Below are positions 53,143-64,000 of a stretch of DNA of 64,000 bases, in pieces. The position numbers and the translations under genes are program-made. Origin of the DNA: Octopus vulgaris (lineage: Eukaryota); NCBI GenBank assembly GCA_951406725.2, contig OX597814.1, positions 131,502,001 to 131,566,000 of the forward strand. Direction: 5' to 3'. Under the pieces are notes generated by a model. That model did not search any database and had not been told where the DNA came from. It was given only the letters and a program-made list of their open reading frames with translations. Each line of letters opens with the position of its first letter. Position 1 is the stretch's first letter.

Positions 53143-54065
53143 AACAACAAACAAGATGAGGACAAATATCCGTCGAATGTAAATAATGTACACAATTCCT
53201 CATCTCTTAAATATAGAACTGTATCTGAAGTCATGTAATAATTTTTCTAGCTAAGAATAGGGCAAATTTTATATCAAGAACACTTTTGCATGAACATTTT
53301 CTCATGGAAAATTAATAAAATTTATCACACAAATCATTACTATATATAATCATTGTTTTCATGCACAGTTTTTACCTCTAGTCCTAAGTTGGATAAGCCT
53401 TCTTAAGGCAATATTTTATGGCTGAATGCCCCTTCTGATGCTTATTCTTGTTTTGAAAGAAGTTTGTTTATTTCATGTCTATGCATGTATGCAAAGACAA
53501 ACACACAATTAAAGACATACACATACATATATACTTATACATGCTAGATGTCCATACAGTTTCTCTCCAATCAAGTTACACATGTAAGGTACTGTTCAAA
53601 CTGAGTCTCTAGTAGAAGACACATACCCAGTAGTTTTGGACCTGAAGCCACATGGTTGCAAAATGGAATTAACAAGCCATGCTTTACTATGGTTTTCTTA
53701 AATCGTTTGTCTAACACATGTGCGTGCATGAGAATTTATTCATTTTTACACCTGTTTTTCCATGCTAATATCTTCATCATTTAATGCCTGTCATCCATGC
53801 CGGCATGGGTTAGATAATTTCACAAGAGCTGATAAACCAGAGGACCATGCCAACTTCTGTTTAGTTTGGCATGGTTTTTATGGCTGGATGCTCTTCCTAG
53901 GGCCAGCTTTACAGAAGCATAGAATGAAAATATACCTATTTGAAAACTGGTAAGCTTGGTGTCAGGGAGAGCATCCATCCATAGAAAATCTGCCACGAGT
54001 TTTGTGTGACTGATAACAGCAAGATAAAATCATGATGCTTACTGTTACACAAATGCATATGTATA

Positions 54066-54581
54066 CCGTAAATCCTCGAGTATAATCCGCATTTTTTTCC
54101 CCCAAAATTTAAAGGTCAAAATACCTATGGCGTACTATATACGAGGTTAAAAATCAAAATTATTTTCTAAGCAATGTCCGAGTTTCTATTTGCTGTCCGG
54201 CAATGTTTATTCAAATGCATTTTGTGATGTCAGGCGCAAAAATACCTTAAGCTAAACCTGAAAGCAATGAAGTCATAAAAGAATCATCCATAACTTGCAG
54301 TAAGCAACATTTATTAAACTTTATTACTGTTATTTCTTTATTTTCTGCAAACAAAATGCACAAAAAAGCTACACGTTTGCATTATGTTATATATATACAA
54401 TAATAATAAAGGATGTTACCATATACATTTTTACAAACCAAGGACGTTATATAGACCTCCTTGGCTCAAGTTAGAGAAGAGGTGCGTATTATACACAAGG
54501 TGTAGGTTTTTCAGAGGTACAGCCCTCTAAAAGTCTCCTGCGTATTATACTCAAGGGCAGACTATACTCGAGGTTTTTTGG
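54066..54581. mobile_element. pogo/Tc2-like MITE
   Basis: TA-CCGTAAATCCTCGAGTATA ... TATACTCGAGGTTTTTTGG-TA. Confidence 0.7.
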
Positions 54582-55948
54582 TATATCTTTTTTACTTCAT
54601 GAGCTGCATGGTGGTCTTATACCATGTTGATGCTACAAACAGTATTCTGTGAGTGGTTGGTAATAAATTCAGGCAGAGAAAACATGGGGCTTCAGAGGGT
54701 GTTTTAGCATTGCCAATCACATGGTAACCTCTAAAGTGTTGGTGCCACATTTAACTGCACTCAGTACATTCTGTAAAGTGTTTGGTGTTTGAAAGGGACA
54801 TTCAGTCATGGTAACCATGACAGAAATAAGACATTGTAGGAAAATATGGTCCACCAATCTCTTGGATCCTGTTAAATTGTGCAACCTTTGCTAGTATGGA
54901 AAATGGATGTAAAATGATGATGACGATGATCTACCTACTGTATTTGATGGGATATAATAAGCACTTTTATTCCCTAAAGATATCTCAGAATTTCACACCA
55001 GGCTCTCTTGGGGAAGTAGGGTCTCCCAATAACTTTAATGCACCAAAAAATTCTTTTCGTTTTTGCTAAATATGTGCTGCAGAAATTGTGGTATGTGTAA
55101 TATGTCCGAGAGTCTATTATGCTATCAAATAGGGTAATTACAAATGTGATTAGAAATATTATTTTGATAAAATTATAAAACACATTTGATGGGGCATGGC
55201 TTAGTAGTGGGAGTGTTTGTGATCACAAGATTGTGGTTTCAATTCCTGGACCAAATGGTGTGTTGTGTTCTTCAGTGAAACACTTCATTTCTCATTGCCC
55301 TAGTTCACTCAACTGGCAAAAGTGAGCAATCATGCAGCAACAGACCAGCATCCCATCCAATGGAGGAATATATCATCATCGTTTAATGTCCACTTTCCAT
55401 GCTAGCATGGGTTGGACGATTTGACTGAGGATTGGCGAACCAGATGGCTGCCCCAGGCTCCAATCTTGATCTGTGCCACACAAACCAGGAAACGGGGCCT
55501 TATGAGTCTATATGGCTTGGGAAGGATATTTATCCCATTATCCTACAAAAAATGGAGGCATTTGACTTAGTGGTTAAGGTGTTGAACTCATGACTGTAAG
55601 ATTGTAGTTTCAATTCCTGGACCAGGTGACATGTTGTGTTCTTGAACAAAACACTTCATTTCTCTTTGTTCCAGTTACCTGAACTGGTAAAAGTAAGTAA
55701 TCCTCTGACTGATCAGCATCCCATACAGGTGGGTAATATATATCCCATGGAAACTGGGAAACCATCCCTAGAAGGATCTTCATCTTTTATTTTCTTCACA
55801 TGCATGTACACACACATGGACGCACACACAAATAGAGTCACATACGCACAAACCTTACATGTATGCCTATAGTATCAGTGTAGTAATTAAATAATAAAAG
55901 TATTATATTTATTTTGTTTGTTTTTTTTTTTGTTGTTTTTTCTTGCAG

Positions 55949-56046
55949 ACCCACAAAAGCGAGAAGCTAAGAGACGCATAGAGGGCTCAACAACAGAGAC
56001 CAGTGCAGATTCGACACCATGCTCGTTCAGTCCAATCTCTATGTAA
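55949..56046 (+). CDS. TGFBR3: TGFBR3-like last coding exon (DPQKREAKRRIEGSTTETSADSTPCSFSPISM*)
   Basis: Long T tract + ttgcag acceptor; STPCS motif shared by betaglycan and endoglin tails; TAA at 56044-56046. Confidence 0.88.
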
Positions 56047-56238
56047 TGGTTACATTATCAGGGGAATGAATAATGTGCACATCCAACTTACATGTGCATA
56101 TGTTGTATTACGGGTTGCACACTCTGTGTGCTTGTATGTATGCACGCATGCATGCATGTGTGCTTGTGTATGTATATATATATATATATGTGAGTATGTT
56201 TCTGTGTGTGTGTGTGTGAGTGTATACATATATGTACC

Positions 56239-56280
<42 letters not shown>

Positions 56281-56328
56281 AATGATATGGGTTGCTAATT
56301 AGAAATTTTACAACCTAAAGGCAGAGAT

Positions 56329-56492
56329 ACATATGTCACTAAAGTGACAAAGGGCATGGATCACCAGTAGTATTGCTGGAAATAAGAGTCAAAACAACTC
56401 AATAGCCACAGTGTTTCTGTGGCTATAAGAGTTGTTTCAACTATTATTTCTAGCAACACTGGTGCTGATTACTGAACTTTAGTGATGTGTGT
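56329..56492 (+). other. Long imperfect RNA hairpin in the putative 3'UTR
   Basis: Nested complementary blocks around a TGTTT loop (56412-56416), with several G-U pairs on the + strand. Confidence 0.7.
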
Positions 56493-56496
56493 GTGC

Positions 56497-56633
56497 ATAT
56501 ATATATATATATATAGTATGTGTATGTATATATATATGTATATTATATATATATGTATGTATATATATACATATGTATGTGTATGTATATATGTATGAAT
56601 ATATATATATGTATATATATATGTATGAATATA

Positions 56634-56681
<48 letters not shown>

Positions 56682-57067
56682 TGTGTATGTATACATATAT
56701 GTATATATGTATATATTTATGGTTGTATGTATGTATATATATATATATATACATATATATGAGTATGTATTATTTATATATATATGTATATATATGTGTG
56801 TGTGTGTATTTGTATATACATGCTGAGTGGATTTTTTTTTTTGCGGTTGAGAAAATAAAATGTACTGGTGAATGCATGGAACAGGGTTGTGATATATTCA
56901 GTTTGGTTTTTTTTTTGCAATTTGTATTAAGAAAAGAAAATACCTAAGGGGGGAGGGTATTAAAAAGTAAATGTGGTGGAAACAACAAAACACACATGAG
57001 CATAATTAATTATTAATTATCAAAGGTTATTGATATGGTGTGCACTATCCAACACATACATACATAG

Positions 57068-57128
<61 letters not shown>

Positions 57129-57256
57129 TTTCATGTTTGTATGTGTATATGTATATATATGTATATATATATGTATATATATAAATATATATGTATATAC
57201 ATATATATATGTATTTATATATATATGTATGTATGTATGTATATATATATGTATAC

Positions 57257-57296
<40 letters not shown>

Positions 57297-57315
57297 GTAT
57301 ATGTATATATATATG

Positions 57316-57347
<32 letters not shown>

Positions 57348-57467
57348 TATATGTATACATATATATATATGTATATACATGCATATATATACATACATAT
57401 GTATATGTATATATACATGCACATACATATATATGTATATGTATGTATTTATATATGTATATGTATG

Positions 57468-57521
<54 letters not shown>

Positions 57522-57522
57522 A

Positions 57523-57570
<48 letters not shown>

Positions 57571-57611
57571 CATATGTATATATATATTATATAGATATAT
57601 GTATATATATG

Positions 57612-57642
<31 letters not shown>

Positions 57643-57662
57643 CTATATATACATGTATAAAC

Positions 57663-57698
<36 letters not shown>

Positions 57699-58751
57699 GT
57701 GTATGTATATATATACATGTGTATATATATATATATATATAAATATATATATATATACATATGTATGTGTATATGTATGTGTATATATATTTGTATATAT
57801 ACATATATGTATATACATATGTATGTATATATATATACATATGTGTATATGTATACATGTATATGTGTCAGTGTATCCGTATATACATACACACACATGC
57901 ACATACATCTGTATACACACACATATATATATATATATATATAATATATAATACATACACATATATATATATATATATATACATATATATACACACACAT
58001 ACATACATATATATATATATCACATGCTTACACCATTGCATATCTGTAGCCAGACCAATGTTGACAATCACATCCCTTTTTGTATGAATGATGTCACTGA
58101 TAGTATTTCATTGTTTGTTATACTAAACTTGTGTCCCGGTATGTTTTTAAGTGTGAGAGATATACTGTAAATATGCAACATGCATGTGTAAAAAATATGT
58201 AAATAGGCATATATATGTGTGTGTGTATATTTATATACATATATATATATATATATATATACACACGCGCAAACATGCATACATTAACAAATTTATTCTG
58301 CTCGTTTTCTGTTTTCTATACCAATATGAGATGTACATATGTATATACATATATGAAGTTATGAAGTGTGTGTGTGTATATATATTTATGTATGGGTATA
58401 TATATATGTGTATACAATATATTTGACATACATAAAAGCCATGAGTGGTAAACGAAAAGGTTGGAACTGTCTACAGATTATGTTGGGTCGTCATTTTGTT
58501 GTTATCCAGTACAGAGAATTTATGCAGGAATGGTCAGATAACAGACGCATATCAGTGCGTATAATTCTGTCTGTTTGTACATGCATATATACATGCATAC
58601 ATATTTATATATATATAGATATATATATATATGTGTCTGTATATATATATATATATATATATGTATAATTGTGCACACATATACATATACATAAATATGT
58701 GTTATAAATATATATATGTGCATATCTATACACATATATATGTATAAATGA

Positions 58752-58793
<42 letters not shown>

Positions 58794-59382
58794 TATATAT
58801 ATACATGTACATATATATATGTATGTATATGTATCCATATATATACATGTATGTATATTTGCGTGTGTACATGTATGTGTATATATTTATGCATATATAT
58901 ATCGTATACACACGCGCGCACATTTGTATATATATACATATATGTACATATAAAATATAATTTTTTTTACTCATCATACATTTCCATCTAGCACCCACTC
59001 AATCGTCCATCAACTCCTTGCACCCCCATCTGTAATGAAATAATCCATTTCCCCCCACCCTTCCTATACCCATCACGTTTTTTTTTCTTCCCATTTTTCA
59101 TTTTATCATATGATATGACATACAAAACAAAGAAATCTCAGGTGTATATTTTATTCTCTTTATATTAACCATGCAGGACCTTTTTTTTTCTCTTCATGAA
59201 CACACGCATATGCATATATTGATGTGTGTATGTGCATGCACACACAAACACACATACGGTCTATGTGCCATAGTGTGTAGTTAATATATATATATATATT
59301 TGTGTGTATGTATGTATGTATCTATGTATGTATATATAAATATATATATATACACACACATATATATGTGTATATATATATT

Positions 59383-59417
<35 letters not shown>

Positions 59418-59679
59418 CCATATATGCACATATACATATGATATATATTATATACACACATATGTAAATGAATATTGATACATATGTATATAAACATATA
59501 TGTAGTTAGTTGAATATTGATATTTATATATGTGTGTGTGTGTATATATATATGAAAGTAGTTAAATATTGATGCATATATATATATATATATGAATATG
59601 TATGTATATATATATGTATATATATATATGAATATTATATGAATATATATATATATATATATATAAATGTGCGTGTGTG

Positions 59680-59719
<40 letters not shown>

Positions 59720-59722
59720 TAA
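56497..59722. repeat. About 3-kb (TA)/(TG)/(CA) microsatellite field with short unique islands
   Basis: Direct observation. Confidence 0.9.
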
Positions 59723-61156
59723 TATGCTTTTTTTTTAATTTTGTGTTTTTCTTTTTTTTCTTTTTTTTATATAAAAACCCCGAAAAGAAAAAAAAAACTG
59801 TACAGATGTAAACAATGACTGAGTCGACTCTATATATCAGCCGACTCGGTAGAATATGAATGATGATACATGAGATGAAACCCCACTGCTGTTGTTTTTT
59901 TTTTTTTTTTTTTCATTTTTTTTTTCACTATTCCCCTTTTCCCTTCTCCATCTTTCAATGCAGGGTCCCTTTATTGTACAAAAAGATTTAACATAATTAA
60001 CCTACACACCCCCTTATGTATCTACTACATATTCGCTTACCTCAGTTTCACACCTTTCCATCCGGAACAGGTACACACTAGGAGAATTAAACTGCAGCAA
60101 TATTTTAGACCTAGCTTTTCCATCCAAAGAATTATTTGGCTGTCGTACACTTAAGTTTTCAAATGCCAATGGAATATAGTGCACCTAACCTTGTACATCC
60201 CTTATGGACCCTGCAAAGTTTCTAAAAGGATTGACTCAACTCTTTAACTTTGTACAAAATATTAAAACACTAGATAAGCAGGGAAACATGTTCGAATCTT
60301 CACTGGAGTCTTCGAACCATTTCATTTCTTGTGTTGTTCTTATTTTCACTTATACTCTATTTTATTACCTTTGTTATCCTTATTTATCATATTCCCCATA
60401 ATAATAATAATAATCATCATTATCATTATCATTAATAATAATACTCTGTGTGTATGTGTATGTATGTATGTGTGTGTGTGTGTGGGAGTAGCTCCTTTCT
60501 GTTCCGAGTTCATACTTTACTTGGGTCAACTTTGCCTTTCCTACTCCTAAATTTAATAAAACTTAAATAGCAGTCAAATGCCGTGGTTGATATAATCAGT
60601 TGTGCTCTTGAATTTCGTGGCCTTGTGCTCTAGTTAGAGACCTCCCTCTTCCTTCTCTGCCTCCTCTTCATCATCATCATCATCATCAGCAGCAGCATTT
60701 TCATTATTGATATTAATTTGGTAGCAGACTGGCAGAATCGTTAGCAGCATTTCATCCATCTTTATGTTCCGACTTCAAATTCCGTTGAGGTCGGCTTTGC
60801 CTTTCATCTCTTCCAGGGTTGATAGAATAAGTACCAATCTAAGTTTGGGTCAATGTAATTGATCTACATCCTCCACCAAAATTGCTGGCCTTGTGCCAAA
60901 ATTTAAAACTAATATAAATTTGTTTGTAGGGTGGTAAAAACCAAAGAGTAGTGGTAAAAATACTGTACCTGTATTTAGCTGGTGTTCTGTTGCTCTCTAA
61001 AGTCTATGTTGTATCTCATCAAAGTTGACACTGCCTGTATAGTGAAGTAAAGACGTCTCTCCCCGCTAGTGTGATGTACAAGTATTGACTCTCTACACTG
61101 AATCTCCTTGCCTAAAAATTTCTAGTCTTGTGCTGAACAGAGACATTATTATTATT

Positions 61157-61497
61157 TCGATGCCAGGGCCGCCTGACTGGCTCCTGTGCCAGTGGTATGT
61201 AAAAAGCACTATTCGAACGTGGCCGATGCCAGTACCCCTTGATTGGCTCCTGTGCCGGTGGCGTGTAAAAAGCACTGTCCAAACATGATTGATACCAGCC
61301 CCACCTGGCTGGCTCCTGTGCCGGTGGCACATAAAAAGCACCCACTACACTCTCAGAGTGGTTGGTGTTAGGAAGTGCATCCAGCTGTGGAAACATTTCC
61401 AGATCAGACTGGAGCCTGGTGCAGCCACTGGCTCTCCAGACCGCAGTCAAACCATCCAACTCCATGGAAAATGGACGTTAAACGATGATAATGATGT
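61157..61497 (+). mobile_element. RTE 3' end (family C) with tandem units
   Basis: gtgccggtggcac units, cccactacactc...ggacgttaaacgatg tail. Confidence 0.78.
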
Positions 61498-61912
61498 TTG
61501 ATAGAATTGTCAGAGTTCTGAGTTCAAATTCTGTCAAGGTTTGAACTCTTTACCTGTCATCCTTTCTGGGTCAATAAAAGAAATACCAGTCATGTTTTGG
61601 GGTTTGATGTAAATCGACTAGACACTGTGTAGTCTGGCAGGTTTACACTCTATTAACAGAAATGCCACAAAGACGAAGCTTTTCTTTCACACTTCTTTTT
61701 TCTATCATCCTCTTTTCCTGTCATTTACATTCTCAGATTAATAAAATACCTGTATTGTCTTAGGAAGTACAGGAGCAGGGTGTGCTGAAAATATCATTCT
61801 CCAATTAAATATGTGCCTAATTCCAAAGAAATTAACATTATCTTTCACAGTAGGGATAGTAGTAAGAATACTTTGCGACATGTGAAGGGTTAATAAAGAA
61901 ATATTATTATTA

Positions 61913-61946
<34 letters not shown>

Positions 61947-61974
61947 CATTATTATTATTGTTGTTGTTGTTGTT

Positions 61975-62786
61975 GAACTGGCAGAATCATCAGCACACTG
62001 GGCAAAAAATGCTTAACGGCATTTCGTTTGTCTTCAAGTTCTGAGTTCAAATTTGGCTAAGGTCAACTTTCATTATTTCGCAGTCGATAAAATAAGTACC
62101 AGTGGTGTACTGGATCCGATGTAATTGACATAACTCCTCCCACCAAATTTCAGGCCTTGTGCCTATAGCAGAAAGGATTATTATTATTATTATTATTAAG
62201 ATGGTGTGGTGGCAGAATGGTTAGCATGTCAAGGTTGACTTTGCCTTCCATCCTTTTGGGGTCAATAAAATAAGTGCCAGTTGAGCACAGGGGTTCGTGA
62301 AATCAACTAGCCCCACCCCACCTCACCCCCAAATTTAAGGTCTTCTACCTATCGTACAAAGGTGGCAGAATTGTTAGCACGCCAAGCAAAATGCTTAGCA
62401 GCATTTCATCTGTCTTTACGTTCTGAGTTCAAATTCCCCCGAGGTCAACTTTGCCTTTCATCCTTTCGGGGGTCGATAAATTAAGTACTGGGGTCAATGT
62501 AATCGGCTTACCCACTTCAACCAATATTGCTGGCCTTGTGCCAAAATTTGAAACCATTTTATTATTATTATTATTATTATTAGATAGCAAAGAAACCAGC
62601 ATCTGCATCAACATAATCACCATCATCATTATCATGCTTTTAATTATCACTAGAATCTTTTCTTCATCATTGATACTGATATCATGGCCATTATTATTGT
62701 TAAGCTCTTTTTCGTCTTTATCCACATTGCCTTCTCTTTATGTATTTTAATTTCTTTAACTTAATTGTTCACTTCTTTTTTATTCC

Positions 62787-62839
<53 letters not shown>

Positions 62840-63305
62840 GGCGGCAAGCTGGCAGAAACGTTAGCATGCCAAGTGAAATGCTTAGTGGTATCTCGTCTGT
62901 CTTTACATTCTGAGTTCAAATTCCGCTGAGACCAACTTTCCCTTTCATTCTTATGGGGTCAATAAATTAAGTACCAGTTACATACTGGGTTTGATCTAAT
63001 CGACTGCCCCTCTCCCGCAAAATTTCTGGCCTTGTGCCTAGAATAGAAAGGATTATTATTATCACTAAGGGGGCAAGCTGGCAGAATCGTTAGTACACTT
63101 GGCGAAATGCTTAGCAGTGTTTCATCTGCCGTTATATTCTAAGTTCAAATTCCACCAAGGTTGACTTTGCCTTTCATACCTTCAGAGTTGATAAATTAAG
63201 TACCAGTGAAACACTGGGGTCGATATAATCATCCAGTTTCTTCCCGATATAATCATCCAGTCTCTTCCCCATCAAATTTCAGGCTTTGTACATATAGTAC
63301 ACAGT
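61975..63305 (+). mobile_element. Cluster of about 5 SINE B copies separated by (ATT)n
   Basis: Repeated tggcagaa..ttagc / gagttcaaatt / aagtaccag units, most preceded by (TTA)n. Confidence 0.8.
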
Positions 63306-64000
63306 ATTATTATTATTATCATTATTATTATTATTGTTATTATTGTGAAAAATAATAATTTAGATTTTTTAAACTAATTTTATTTTGTTCCTTTTTTTCT
63401 CCTTTTTCTTCCATTTTCTTTTTTTATTTATCCAATAATTATATTTCCTCCAGCAGCATTCAATTTTGTGAAACTTTTGTTAATACGTCACAATTAAACA
63501 AAACAACAACAACAACAACAGCAATTGAAAGTTATACCACAGTGCTTGAAGATACGAAGATAGATAGATAGATGGTTACATAGATAACAAATAGATAGTG
63601 AGGTCGATAGAGGGAGGAGTAGATAGATAGATAGATAGATAGGCAGACTGACAGATTGATTGATAAATTTTTAAATAGATAGATAAGTTGATTGATTGAT
63701 TGATAAATTTTTAAATAGATACATAGATATGTGGATAGATAGATAGGTAAATAGATTTGTAAACAGATAGATATGTATGTAGATTAGTAAGGATATAAAG
63801 ATGTAGAATATTCTGGAAAGTATTGAAAGGAATTTGATGTTTCATATTTTTTCTTTTCGAATTCTAATCGTTTGTTTCAGAATAATTTTTTTGTTTTTAT
63901 GAATCATTGGAAAATGATATTTACTACCGATTACTTTACACGCCAGCACATATACATACACACACACACATATACTCTCTGTCTGACTCTCTGCACACAA

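Larger units (their letters stand above)
52780..53222 (+). mobile_element. Fold-back retroelement: tRNA-derived head plus hammerhead ribozyme, with an inverted 5' copy and 12-bp TSD
   Basis: TSD ATCTGAAGTCAT at 52768-52779 and 53223-53234; arms 52780-52945 and 53016-53187; A box TGGCGTAGTGG and B box GAGTTCGATTC in the loop. Confidence 0.85.

Noticed and set aside
57013-58087. Long ORFs (up to 304 aa) of Y/I/M/C residues, also at 24836-25396, 32973-33280 and 47316-47676
   Set aside because: Translations of (TA)n microsatellites, which lack stop codons by construction

Overview
AT-rich, microsatellite-laden animal genomic DNA; the repeat families and composition suggest an octopus or other coleoid cephalopod (inference). 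Most listed ORFs are artefacts of simple repeats. The window holds one real gene on the + strand: 15 GT-AG coding exons (2969-56046) that splice in perfect phase into about 776 aa of a TGF-beta type III receptor (betaglycan/endoglin family). It has a duplicated orphan domain, ZP-N with Ser-Gly GAG sites, ZP-C, a TM helix and an STPCS tail; the signal-peptide exon probably lies upstream of the window. The introns are packed with tRNA-derived SINEs, RTE, HERO-like and Penelope-like retroelement relics, and mariner, Tigger, hAT and piggyBac-like MITEs. The most striking element is a 443-bp insertion (52780-53222) with a 12-bp TSD. It is a fold-back carrying a tRNA-type Pol III promoter in its loop and a minimal hammerhead ribozyme in each arm, with a compensatory stem-I change between the arms. 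Further hammerhead motifs, a Penelope-like relic whose inverted terminal repeat starts at a ribozyme cleavage site, several long palindromes and a long hairpin in the putative 3'UTR are also present.
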